DNA of 15,900 nt from Armatimonadota bacterium (GCA_016235455.1 JACRKZ010000145.1:1-15900); one strand, 5' to 3'. Shown: positions 1 through 8,576, counted from the stretch's first letter. Program-made: numbers and translations. The notes: generated by a model from the letters alone, not told the origin.

Positions 1-726
1 CTTGGTCAGGGCCGGGTCGTTGTCGACCAGGTTGGCGATGTTGCGGTAGTACATGCGGTCGAAGGCGTTGGTCTTCACATGGCCGTCGGCAAACAGGAAG
101 TTGGCCTGGTTCATGTGGCGGTGCGCCAGATAGCCCAGGTTGCCCTGGGGGACATTGCGGAAGTCGGCAATGTCGCGGGTGAAGAAGTTGCCGCCGTCGG
201 ACCAGCGGTTCTTGCTGTCCCACATCACCGCCATCTCGGCCGGCCGCACGAGTGCGGCGTCGGCGAACATGGCGCCCGGCAGGTTGCCCGCCGAGGCGGT
301 CGTGCCGTTGCCGATGCCCGAGTAGTTGTAGCTGTACGAGACCTTGTAGAACCGCGGATCGCCCACGATGGGCGTACCGGTGCCGACGTTCCACAGCAGC
401 AGCGGGTCGCTCGGGCAGGCGAAGATCTGGGTGTTCTTGATGTACGGGGCCAACACGTTGCCCGCCCAGCCTTGCCAGTTGCTGACTACCGCGGCGTCAT
501 TGATGTTGCCGTTGCCGGCGTTGCCCGAGTTGGGCCACATAGTGTCGTAGTCGCTGATGTACTGGTGGAAGGCCAGACCGATCTGCTTCAGATTGCTTTG
601 GCAACTCGACGCACGAGCCTTCTCACGCGCCTTGGCGAAAACGGGGAACAGGATAGCTGCGAGAATGGCGATGATCGCGATCACCACCAACAACTCGATC
701 AGCGTGAATGCATGGCGTCGCTTCAC
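1..726 (-). CDS. Prepilin-type N-terminal cleavage/methylation domain protein with DUF1559-like body and C-terminal H-X9-DG motif (3' end runs off the window)
   Basis: Not in the ORF track because there is no stop in the window. Hand translation from GTG at 726, after GGGAGA RBS: [61 protein letters not shown]...[13 protein letters not shown]...SYSYN...[15 protein letters not shown]. Has the FTLIELLVV methylation motif, CPSD, and H-x9-DG. Confidence 0.93.
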   Translation of the reverse strand, partial: MKRRHAFTLIELLVVIAIIAILAAILFPVFAKAREKARASSCQSNLKQIGLAFHQYISDYDTMWPNSGNAGNGNINDAAVVSNWQGWAGNVLAPYIKNTQIFACPSDPLLLWNVGTGTPIVGDPRFYKVSYSYNYSGIGNGTTASAGNLPGAMFADAALVRPAEMAVMWDSKNRWSDGGNFFTRDIADFRNVPQGNLGYLAHRHMNQANFLFADGHVKTNAFDRMYYRNIANLVDNDPALTK

Positions 727-765
727 GTGGGTCTCCCTTGCCGGACCGTGCCGGTTGATGTGCCA

Positions 766-794
766 AGTGTGCAATATCAAGCGCTTCAATGCAA
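766..794 (-). promoter_or_regulatory. Putative sigma70 promoter of the prepilin-like gene
   Basis: Minus strand TTGCAT (794-789), 17-nt spacer, CACACT (771-766), about 40 nt upstream of the GTG start. Confidence 0.5.
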
Positions 795-829
795 GCCCAA
801 CTTTGTCTCACAGTGCGATATCCAGCGCT
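769..829. promoter_or_regulatory. Two 17-bp direct-repeat operator-like sites with AGCGCT palindromic core (LacI-family-like)
   Basis: GTGCAATATCAAGCGCT (769-785) and GTGCGATATCCAGCGCT (813-829): 15/17 identical, 44 bp apart. Cores AAGCGCTT (779-786) and CAGCGCTG (823-830) are perfect palindromes. Confidence 0.55.
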
Positions 830-915
830 GTGACTACGCTTGTTTTTGGCTCTGGCTGGGATGTGGTGCCTACTTTGTGATAATCGCGGCGCGACACATC
901 TGGAAGGTGCGGGCG

Positions 916-1095
916 TCAGTCGGTCGGCTGCCAATAGCAGCGTTTGGGAGAAACGATTGCTTCTTCTTTCTTGAGCTGTTCCATGGCCTTATCGACTACT
1001 TTGCGGTCCAAGCCGGTGATCTCGGCTACCTTGCCGGCATTGAGCGGCTCGCCCGCCGCCTTCATCGCGTCCAGAACTTGTTGCTTGGCGTCCAT
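916..1095 (-). CDS. Small winged helix-turn-helix protein, 59 aa (family often annotated MarR/HTH-like)
   Basis: Below the ORF-track cutoff. GAGAGGAG RBS, ATG at 1095, TGA at 916-918. MDAKQQVLDAMKAAGEPLNAGKVAEITGLDRKVVDKAMEQLKKEEAIVSPKRCYWQPTD: three helices plus an SPxRCxW wing, as in a small wHTH family I recognise from anaerobic bacteria. Confidence 0.88.
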   Translation of the reverse strand: MDAKQQVLDAMKAAGEPLNAGKVAEITGLDRKVVDKAMEQLKKEEAIVSPKRCYWQPTD

Positions 1096-1118
1096 GTCGG
1101 TGCTCCTCTCGGCCTGCG

Positions 1119-1127
1119 AGGATAGCA
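1119..1127 (-). promoter_or_regulatory. Putative extended -10 promoter for the small wHTH gene
   Basis: Minus strand TG-C-TATCCT directly after the cysK terminator U-tract, just upstream of the RBS. No clear -35. Confidence 0.4.
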
Positions 1128-1168
1128 GAAAAGAACGAGGCGGAGAGCGACATCGCTCTCCGCCTCGT
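1127..1168 (-). terminator. Intrinsic terminator of cysK
   Basis: Perfect 16-bp inverted repeat ACGAGGCGGAGAGCGA (1135-1150) / TCGCTCTCCGCCTCGT (1153-1168), followed on the minus strand by TCTTTTCT, 27 nt after the cysK stop. Confidence 0.85.
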
Positions 1169-1195
1169 CGTTACATTCGCGCGTTGTGACCGCCG

Positions 1196-2161
1196 TCAGC
1201 CGGCGAGTTCGGGCACATGGATGCGCTCGGGATTCTCGGCCAGGGCCGGCGTCGACAGGTAGCGCTCGCCGGTGTCGGGCAGGATGACCACCACTAGCTT
1301 GCCAGCGTTCTCGGGGCGCTTGGCCACGGCGATGGCCGCCGCTGCCGCCGCGCCGCTGGAGATGCCGACCAGTATGCCTTCGTCCCGCGCGATGGAGCGC
1401 GTGGTGTTGATGGCGTCCTGGTTCTCCACGGTGACGATCTCGTCGACCACGTCCAGGTCGAGCACGCCCGGCTTGAAGCCGGCGCCGATGCCCTGGATCG
1501 GGTGGGGGCCCTTGGCCTCGGGCCCGCGGCTCAGCACGGCCGAGGCCGCCGGCTCCACCGCGATGATCTGCAGGCTCGGCTTGCGTGGCTTGAGCGCACG
1601 GGCGATGCCCGTGATGGTGCCGCCCGTGCCTACGCCCGCCACGACGATGTCGACGGCGCCGTCGGTGTCGCGCCAGATCTCCTCGGCCGTGGTCTCCGCA
1701 TGAATCTGCGGGTTGGCCGGGTTCTCAAACTGCTGCGGGATGAACACATTGGGGTACTCGGCGGCGATGGCATCCGCCTTGCGGATGGCGCCCGGCATGC
1801 CCTCGGCGGCCGGCGTCAGCACCAGTTGCGCGCCCAGCGCCTTGACCAGGTTGCGCCGCTCCACCGACATGCTCTCGGGCATGACCAGCAGCAGCTTGTA
1901 GCCACGCGCCGCGGCCACCATGGCCAGGCCGATGCCCGTGTTGCCGCTCGTCGGCTCCACAATGAGCGTGTCCGCGTTGAGCTTGCCTGCCGCCTCGGCC
2001 GCGTCCAACATCGACACGCCAATGCGCTCCTTGACACAGCCCAACGGGTTGAAGGACTCCAGCTTGGCCGCGACCGTGGCCACGGCGCCTTCGGTCACCC
2101 GGTTCAGCCGCACCAGCGGCGTGTTGCCCACCAGCTTCGTCACGTTGTCTGCGATAGCCAT
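1196..2161 (-). CDS. cysK: Cysteine synthase A (O-acetylserine sulfhydrylase)
   Basis: 321 aa. [17 protein letters not shown](PLP)[63 protein letters not shown]. Confidence 0.97.
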   Translation of the reverse strand: MAIADNVTKLVGNTPLVRLNRVTEGAVATVAAKLESFNPLGCVKERIGVSMLDAAEAAGKLNADTLIVEPTSGNTGIGLAMVAAARGYKLLLVMPESMSVERRNLVKALGAQLVLTPAAEGMPGAIRKADAIAAEYPNVFIPQQFENPANPQIHAETTAEEIWRDTDGAVDIVVAGVGTGGTITGIARALKPRKPSLQIIAVEPAASAVLSRGPEAKGPHPIQGIGAGFKPGVLDLDVVDEIVTVENQDAINTTRSIARDEGILVGISSGAAAAAAIAVAKRPENAGKLVVVILPDTGERYLSTPALAENPERIHVPELAG

Positions 2162-2269
2162 TGTCGTTGCCTCTCCGTCAGCCCAGCGGCTGTGTCTTCG
2201 CCCTCACCGACAGTGTGGCACACATTCTACGGTTTGTACAGGGGGAATGGGGATATTCTCTCGTGCCGC

Positions 2270-2297
2270 TTGACAGGCGCATTCCACCGACTACACT
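2270..2297 (+). promoter_or_regulatory. Putative sigma70 promoter of the oxidoreductase cluster
   Basis: TTGACA (2270-2275), 16 nt, TACACT (2292-2297), then GAGGA RBS at 2308-2312. Confidence 0.65.
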
Positions 2298-2317
2298 CCG
2301 CCGAGTCGAGGACGATG

Positions 2318-3931
2318 ATGACGCGACGCGACTGCTTGGCGGGAGGTGCGGCGATGGTAGCGGCGATGGCAACGGGGCTCGGCGCGGCCGAGACCGAATG
2401 GGATGTCGTGGTCTACAGTGGGGTGCCGTGCGGCGCAGCCGCGGCGGTGATGGCGGCGCGCGCCGGAGCGCGGGTGCTGCTCATCGAGCCGACGCACCAT
2501 GTGGGCGGTCTGAGCACCAGTGGCATCAACACCGCCGAGACCGAGCACATGCTCAAGTGGACCATCGGCGGGTTCGCCGACGAGTTCTACCGGCGCATGG
2601 GTCGGCACTATGGCAGTGGCCGGCCCGAGTACTACTTCGAGTCCAGCGTGGCGGAGGCGTGCTACGTGGCCTTGCTGGCCGAGGCCAAGGTCACGGTGCG
2701 CTATGGCCTGCGTGTCGAGCGCGTCACCAAGGATGGCGCGGAGCTGACGGGCCTCGTGTTGAGTGACGGCTCGACCGTGTCGGCCAAGGTGTTCGTCGAC
2801 GCCAGCTACGAGGGCGACCTGATGGCGCGGGCCGGGGTGAGCTACGCGGTGGGCCGCGAGTCGCACGCGGAGTACGGTGAGGAGGCCGCCGGCGTGCGTT
2901 TCGACAAGACCGTGCGCCGCGCGGCGACGGTCGATGCCGACGGCCGGCTGCTGCCGGGCATCAGCGACTGGGCGCGCAACTTGAGCGAAGGCGCGGCCCA
3001 TCGCGGCGTCATGAACTACAACTTCCGGCTGACGGTGGCCAAGGACCCGCGCTACAAGGTGCCCATCCCCGAGCCCCGGCACTACGACCGCGGGCGGTTC
3101 GCGCTGCTCGAAGGCTGGCTGCGGGGCAAAGCGGCGCGGGCCGAGGAGGTCAAGCTTGAGCACATCCTCGACCTCTACGAGCGGCGCAACGGCAAGTTTG
3201 AGCTGAACAACAAGCAGTCGGCCATCGTCTCGCTGGGCCACTTCGGCGGGCAGTTCGACTGGCCCGATGCCAACTGGCCCCAGCGTCAGACCATCTTCGA
3301 CGATCACCTCGACTACACGCTGGGCCTGCTGCACTTCCTGGCCAGCGACGACTCCGTGCCGGCCTCGGTGCGCGCTGAGATGAAAGCCTGGGGACTGCAC
3401 CGCGAGGAGTTCGCCGACAACGGCAATCTGCCCTATCAGTTGTACGTGCGCGAGGCGCGGCGCATGAAGGGCCTGCGGATCGTCACCCAGCAGGATGTCC
3501 AGACTGACCGGCGCAAGGCGGACAGTGTCGGCTTCTCCAGCCATTTCATCGACTCGCACCATGTGCAACGCCTGGCGCTGTCACCGACCGAGTTCATCAA
3601 CGAAGGGCGCATCTGGCGCATGGGCTATGCCTACCAGATCCCCTACGCGGCGCTGACGCCCAAGCCCGACCAGGCGGGCAACCTGCTGGTGCCGGGAGCG
3701 GCCAGCTTCAGCCATGTGGCCTTCTGCTCCTATCGGTTGGAGAGCGTGTGGATGATAGCGGGTCATGCGGCGGGCGTGGCGGCGGCCATGGCGGCGCGGG
3801 CTGATGGCCGTGTCGACCGGATCGACATCGGCGAGTTGCAGGCCAAACTGCGCGCCGGCGGCCAGGTGGTGGACTTCGTCCCCGGCCAGCCCGAGAAGTG
3901 CGAGCACCTGAACGGCCCAGCGGAGTTCTAG
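2318..3931 (+). CDS. Tat-exported FAD-dependent oxidoreductase (FAD_oxidored/PF12831-like)
   Basis: True start is ATG 2318 (or 2315), not 1502. Signal MTRRDCLAGGAAMVAAMATGLGAA. Motifs DVVVYSGVPCGAAAA, LIEPTHHVGGLSTSG, FVDASYEGDLMARAGV, YVREARRM, DSH, YQIPYAALTPK, NLLVP..S.SHVAF.SYRLE. Confidence 0.9.
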   Translation: MTRRDCLAGGAAMVAAMATGLGAAETEWDVVVYSGVPCGAAAAVMAARAGARVLLIEPTHHVGGLSTSGINTAETEHMLKWTIGGFADEFYRRMGRHYGSGRPEYYFESSVAEACYVALLAEAKVTVRYGLRVERVTKDGAELTGLVLSDGSTVSAKVFVDASYEGDLMARAGVSYAVGRESHAEYGEEAAGVRFDKTVRRAATVDADGRLLPGISDWARNLSEGAAHRGVMNYNFRLTVAKDPRYKVPIPEPRHYDRGRFALLEGWLRGKAARAEEVKLEHILDLYERRNGKFELNNKQSAIVSLGHFGGQFDWPDANWPQRQTIFDDHLDYTLGLLHFLASDDSVPASVRAEMKAWGLHREEFADNGNLPYQLYVREARRMKGLRIVTQQDVQTDRRKADSVGFSSHFIDSHHVQRLALSPTEFINEGRIWRMGYAYQIPYAALTPKPDQAGNLLVPGAASFSHVAFCSYRLESVWMIAGHAAGVAAAMAARADGRVDRIDIGELQAKLRAGGQVVDFVPGQPEKCEHLNGPAEF

Positions 3932-3974
3932 CCAGCGTCCGTAACAGAAGGTCGCCGCTCTGTCACATTGGGAG

Positions 3975-4592
3975 ATGAGCCCGCCGTCCGCCGAGCCTGC
4001 CAGCAGCCCATCGCGCCGCATCATGGTGTGTGGCGCCGGCGGCGCCGGCAAGACCACCTTTGCCCGCGAGTTGGCCCAACGCCTGGGTGTGCCGCTGATT
4101 GAGATTGACGCATTGCGCTGGGCGCCCGGTTGGCGACTGGCGCCGCGCGAGGTGCTGCGCGAGCGCGTCGAGCGCGCCCTGCGGTCCGAGGCCTGGGTGG
4201 CGGAAGGGCCATGTCGCGACCTGCGCGACGTGCTCGGCGCGCGAGCGGAGCGGATCCTCTGGCTGGACTACCCGTTGCCCGTGGTGGTCGGGCGGTCGCT
4301 GCTGCGGGCGGTCGAGCGCGTGGTCTGTCACCGCTCCATCCTCAACGGCAATCGTCCGCCGCTGGGGACCGAGGCGCTGCTGCTGCTGGGCCGCATGTTG
4401 CGCCGTCGGTGGGCGCGCGTGTTCGCCGGCGAGACGCTGGCCGAAGCCTTCCTCAACCGGCCGCCACGCCATCTGCTCTGCGCCGATCGGCGGGTGGTCC
4501 GTTTCACTCGCCCAGAGCAGGCGCAAGCCTGGCTGTCGGGCATCGCGCCGCTGGCAGGTGCCGGCCCGGCCGGCGCGAACCTGAGTGTGTGA
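3975..4592 (+). CDS. P-loop NTPase, adenylate kinase-related / FlaR (topology modulation)-like
   Basis: RIMVCGAGGAGKTTFARELAQRLG Walker A, IDALRWAPGW, WVAEG, ILWLDYP, NGNR. Start codon uncertain. Confidence 0.8.
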   Translation: MSPPSAEPASSPSRRIMVCGAGGAGKTTFARELAQRLGVPLIEIDALRWAPGWRLAPREVLRERVERALRSEAWVAEGPCRDLRDVLGARAERILWLDYPLPVVVGRSLLRAVERVVCHRSILNGNRPPLGTEALLLLGRMLRRRWARVFAGETLAEAFLNRPPRHLLCADRRVVRFTRPEQAQAWLSGIAPLAGAGPAGANLSV

Positions 4593-4607
4593 CTGGGAGT
4601 GCCCCGC

Positions 4608-6245
4608 GTGAACCACTTGAGCGGCGTCGTGCTCATCTGCTGCCTCGCTGCCTCGGCCGGCGCGCAGGACCTGTTCGACCTGCAGGGCCACATCGACCGG
4701 GCGGTGGCCGCGGGTCAGAAGACTATCACCGTCCCGCCGGGCCGCCATCGTGTCGCACCTCACGACCGTCAGCATCTGGTGCTGCGCGGCCTGAAGGACA
4801 CCACCATCGTTGCCGACGGTGCCGAGCTGGTCTGCACCGAGACGACGCGCGCGCTGACCATCGCCGACTGCACCAATCTCACGCTGCGCGGCCTGACCAT
4901 CGACTACGACCCGCTGCCGTTCACCCAAGGCCGCCTCACCGCGCTGTCGGCGGACAAGAAGGTGCATGACATCGAGCTATTTGACGGCTATCCCGCGGCC
5001 GCCGCGGCGCGCAACTTCAAATACGAGATCTACACGCCCGACACGCGCCTCCTGCGCTGTGGCGACCACTATCCGGCGAGCGTGACGCCGACCGGCGAGC
5101 GCGGCCTGCGCGTGACGATGAACCAAGGTGCCGCGGCCGATCCCGAGCAGGTGGGCGACATCATCGTCATCGGCGCCGAGTTCGCACCGCATGGCAGCAT
5201 TCCGCACGCGGTCGAGTGTTCGGCCAGCACGAACGTCAGGCTCGAACGCGTCACGCTCTACGCCAGCAACTGCTTCGGCTTCCTGGAGTACAACTGCGAC
5301 GGCAGCGTCTACGACCGCTGCGTGATCGACCGTCGCGCGCCGGGCGACGATCCGGTCAAACGTGCCGACCCACGCGCCCGCTCGCTCGACGCCGACGCCT
5401 TCCATAGCAAGCACGCCTTGCGCGGCCCGTCGTATCTGGGCTGCGTGGCCCGGTACATGGGCGACGACGGCATCAACATCTGCGGCGACTACCATCTGGT
5501 CGGCTCGGCCGCCGGCACGGAGTTGCGCGTGCTGGCCAAGCAACGGCTGAACATCGCCGTGGGTGATCCCGTGGAACTGCTGACCTACGAGGGCCGGCGT
5601 CTGCCCAACGCCACGGTGACCGCCGTGACGCGGCTCGACACCATTACCGACGAGGAGCGTGCCTGGCTGGTCAAGCAGCGCATGGACGAAGGCCTGCGCA
5701 GCCGCGAGTGCCGCGAGGCCTGGCAGATCACCCTCGACCGCGCCGCCGATTTGCCGCGCGGCTCGCTGATCGCCTCGGCGCGGCGCATGGGCAACGGGTT
5801 CCGCGTCATCGGCTGCGAGTTCGGCTTCAACCGCTCCCGCGGCATCCTCATCAAGGCCAGTGACGGGGTGGTCGCCAACAACCGCCTCGTGGGCAACTGG
5901 GGCCCGGCCATTCTCTGCTCACCGGAATTCTGGTGGCTGGAGAGCGGCAGCTCCAACAACGTGGCCATCCGCGGCAATCAGATCACCGACTGCCGCTCAC
6001 GCGCCATTGTGGTCGAGGCGACCGGCGGGGCCGGTCTGTTCACCGGCACGCCGGCCGCCGCCGGCGCGCACAACAACATCACCGTCGAGGGCAACCAGGT
6101 CAGCGGCGGACCACAGCCGAGCGTGGTGCTGACGTCGATCCTGGGACTGCGGCTGACCGGCAACCGCTTTGTCGGCCTGCCGGCGGGGACCGAGCCGATC
6201 AAGCTGACCAACTGCGAGCAGGTCAACCAGTCGGACAACCAGTAG
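4608..6245 (+). CDS. Secreted right-handed parallel beta-helix protein, GH110 (alpha-galactosidase)-related glycoside hydrolase
   Basis: GGGAG RBS fits GTG 4608 (track start is 4599). Signal MNHLSGVVLICCLAASAGA. IDYDPLPFTQGRL, DADAFH...GDDGINICG, NRSRGILIKASDGVVANN, repeated N-I-x-GN beta-helix coils. Confidence 0.8.
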   Translation: MNHLSGVVLICCLAASAGAQDLFDLQGHIDRAVAAGQKTITVPPGRHRVAPHDRQHLVLRGLKDTTIVADGAELVCTETTRALTIADCTNLTLRGLTIDYDPLPFTQGRLTALSADKKVHDIELFDGYPAAAAARNFKYEIYTPDTRLLRCGDHYPASVTPTGERGLRVTMNQGAAADPEQVGDIIVIGAEFAPHGSIPHAVECSASTNVRLERVTLYASNCFGFLEYNCDGSVYDRCVIDRRAPGDDPVKRADPRARSLDADAFHSKHALRGPSYLGCVARYMGDDGINICGDYHLVGSAAGTELRVLAKQRLNIAVGDPVELLTYEGRRLPNATVTAVTRLDTITDEERAWLVKQRMDEGLRSRECREAWQITLDRAADLPRGSLIASARRMGNGFRVIGCEFGFNRSRGILIKASDGVVANNRLVGNWGPAILCSPEFWWLESGSSNNVAIRGNQITDCRSRAIVVEATGGAGLFTGTPAAAGAHNNITVEGNQVSGGPQPSVVLTSILGLRLTGNRFVGLPAGTEPIKLTNCEQVNQSDNQ

Positions 6246-6256
6246 CGGCGCGCCGC

Positions 6257-8548
6257 CTACTTTGCCGCCACCACATAGGGGATGGCGGGCAGATGGCCGA
6301 GCGTGTAGCGCTGAGTCTTCTTCTTGCCTTCCGGTCCGGTCTCGACCTCGGCGGCGACGGCGACGATGAGGTTGTCGGCATCGCCTGGTTTGATCGTGGC
6401 GGGGTCGATCTTGAGCACCAACACCACCGAGCCGGCACCGGTCTTGGCCTCCTGCAGGCTGATCCCCTTGGGCGGGTCGCTCAGGTCGAACTTGATCATC
6501 GGTGGCACGGGGCGAAGGCCGGTGCTGAGGATGATGCTGGCCAGGCCCGTGGTGGGTATCGGCACTGGCACACGCTGGGCGATGGTGACGCTGGGCACGA
6601 ACCGTGCCCCGCGGGCCGAGGCCACGACCAGCTCCCGGGCCGGCACGAGGTGCTTGAAGAAGAAGGCCTGCATGAGGTCGTCGGCGGGCGTCACCGGGCG
6701 GGTGATGACCTCTCGGCCGACGGTCGCGCGACCCACCATGATCAGGTTGAACGGCACGTCGACCGCCTTGGGGCCGGCATTGACCGTCAGCCGCACGCTG
6801 TCGCGCCCGGCCGGGATGCGGTTGCCGCTGAGCGTGAAGCCGGCCGGCGCGTCGCGCAGGACGATGTCGATGGGCCCGGTGAACCCGTCGCGTCGCGCCG
6901 CATGCACCGTGATCGGTGCCGAGAAACCTGGCGGCACGGTGATGGCTGACGACGACGTGCGAAGCGCGAAGTCGGGCCGCGGATCGCCCACGCGCAGCCG
7001 GTAGCCAAAGTCGGGACCGCCCGACTGCAGCGTGTCCGAGAGCATGATGCGGTACACGCCGTCGGCCGGCAGTCTGGCCAGCAGATACGAGTCGGCCTGG
7101 TTGGTGATCAGCCCCGCGGCCGGGTCATCGTAGTCGTCGTTGAGCGCGATTACCTTGCCCGCCGAATCCACGAGCCGCAGCAGCGAATCGAGCGACGACT
7201 GCAGCCGCCGTGCCATGACCTCGATGGCCACGCTCTGGCCGGCGCGCCCGCTGAAGGCGAACACATCGACATCGCCCGGCTGGCCGATGCGGCCGTTGAC
7301 CGTCACGGGCAGGGAAAGCAACTGCGGCCGGTCCAACGAGTTGTTGGGCTCGACCTCGCTGGCCTCGGGCAGGCTGTCCACCGCGTAGGCGATAGGATTG
7401 GGCAGCCACCGGCCAGGGATGAAGACGCTGCGCAGAATCTCGGCGCCGGGTTGGGTGTCCAGCGCGAAGCTGCTGGGCGGGATGTTCCAGCCGGTCAGCG
7501 ACACGCTGGCCTTGCTGCTCGTGCGCCCGCCCAGGGGCCAGATGCCGGTGACGAACGGCAGTTCACCCACCGCCACGCGATAGACAAAGTCTTCGCGGCC
7601 GCGCCAGATGGCGTCGCGCACCTCGAGGTCATACAGGCCGTCGGCGGGCACTTTGAACATGAGTACCGGGTCGGGGTCGTAGCGATAGTCGTCGTCGAAG
7701 GCGATCTCCCGACCGTCGCTGTCGTACAGCGCCAAGGTGGCCTGGAACCAGCCGGGCACGGCGTCAGCGAGATAGGGCGTGATGCGCCGGGCCTGAGCGA
7801 TCATGACCAACTGCTGGCCCTTTTTGGCGCGCAGGCGGTAGCGGTCGCTGTCGCCCGGCATGATCTGCCCGTTGATCATCACCGGCAGGTCGTAGGTCTT
7901 GAGCGGTGGCGGCGGCGCCTCGTTGACCCGGCGGAGCCTGGCGGGGCTGCCGGTCGGCTGGTCCTCCTCGACGATCTCGGGCAGAACGCCGACCTCGAAG
8001 TTCACGGGGTTGGACAGGCCCTGGTTGGTCTGCACGCGCAGTTGGTGGTAGCCGAGGGCGGCCTTCGGGTCGACGATGACATCGACGATGAGCGACTCGG
8101 CGATCTGCGCGTTCTCCTGGCGCTTGGGGTCGAACAGCTTGCGGGCCAGGGTCGACAGCTCGTCGACTGTCTTCTTGTCCAGGTCGCGTAGCCAGGGGTG
8201 GTCCGGCAGCTTGATCGGCTTGCCATCCTCCATCGGCTGTTCGAAGGCTCGGCCCGTCACCTTGGCGCGGATCAGCGCACCAATCACCTTGCCGATGTCG
8301 CCGAGCACCTGCTTGCCCAACGGCCGCACATGCTCCACCACCTTGGTGGTCAGACCGATGCCCGAGGCCTCGACCAGCCTGGGGCCGCCCAGGTCCTCGC
8401 CGCCCAATGTCACGCGCACCGTGGTGCCTTGCCGGCCACCGGCCGGGAAGGCATAGCCCAGGTGCGGATCGCGCCCGAAGCGTTGGGCCAGGGCCGCGGG
8501 GGCGAGCACCGCTGGCAACAGGCATAGTAAGGCGAGCCGACGAGTCAT
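6257..8548 (-). CDS. Secreted PPC (pre-peptidase C-terminal)-domain protein of the DUF1501/DUF1553 operon type
   Basis: Signal MTRRLALLCLLPAVLAPAALA. FPAGGRQGTTVRVTLGG start, two PPC-like repeats (ING.I..PGD.D.Y/F; AFDDD / ALNDD), EVEPNN, Ig-like C-terminal domains. No subtilase GTSMA motif seen. Alternative start at 8554. Confidence 0.85.
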   Translation of the reverse strand: MTRRLALLCLLPAVLAPAALAQRFGRDPHLGYAFPAGGRQGTTVRVTLGGEDLGGPRLVEASGIGLTTKVVEHVRPLGKQVLGDIGKVIGALIRAKVTGRAFEQPMEDGKPIKLPDHPWLRDLDKKTVDELSTLARKLFDPKRQENAQIAESLIVDVIVDPKAALGYHQLRVQTNQGLSNPVNFEVGVLPEIVEEDQPTGSPARLRRVNEAPPPPLKTYDLPVMINGQIMPGDSDRYRLRAKKGQQLVMIAQARRITPYLADAVPGWFQATLALYDSDGREIAFDDDYRYDPDPVLMFKVPADGLYDLEVRDAIWRGREDFVYRVAVGELPFVTGIWPLGGRTSSKASVSLTGWNIPPSSFALDTQPGAEILRSVFIPGRWLPNPIAYAVDSLPEASEVEPNNSLDRPQLLSLPVTVNGRIGQPGDVDVFAFSGRAGQSVAIEVMARRLQSSLDSLLRLVDSAGKVIALNDDYDDPAAGLITNQADSYLLARLPADGVYRIMLSDTLQSGGPDFGYRLRVGDPRPDFALRTSSSAITVPPGFSAPITVHAARRDGFTGPIDIVLRDAPAGFTLSGNRIPAGRDSVRLTVNAGPKAVDVPFNLIMVGRATVGREVITRPVTPADDLMQAFFFKHLVPARELVVASARGARFVPSVTIAQRVPVPIPTTGLASIILSTGLRPVPPMIKFDLSDPPKGISLQEAKTGAGSVVLVLKIDPATIKPGDADNLIVAVAAEVETGPEGKKKTQRYTLGHLPAIPYVVAAK

Positions 8549-8576
8549 GACCATCTCCCGACAGTGGCGCGGCCGA

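Noticed and set aside
79-1125. 348-aa + strand ORF
   Set aside because: Antisense shadow of the prepilin-like gene and the small wHTH gene; it also crosses their regulatory region and has no motifs.
2162-2230. Riboswitch or T-box in the cysK leader
   Set aside because: The leader is short and I found no SAM or T-box consensus; only a possible -10 (TAGAAT, 2224-2229, minus) without a -35.
1502-2314. N-terminal extension of the 809-aa ORF
   Set aside because: Antisense to cysK. Promoter, RBS and Tat signal place the true start at 2315/2318.
2291-4967. Long minus-strand ORFs (425 aa, 334 aa)
   Set aside because: Antisense to well-supported genes; expected in high-GC DNA, with no recognisable motifs.
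6245-6256. GCGGCGCGCCGC palindrome between convergent stops
   Set aside because: Short, pure GC, no loop or clear U-tract; likely chance at this GC content.
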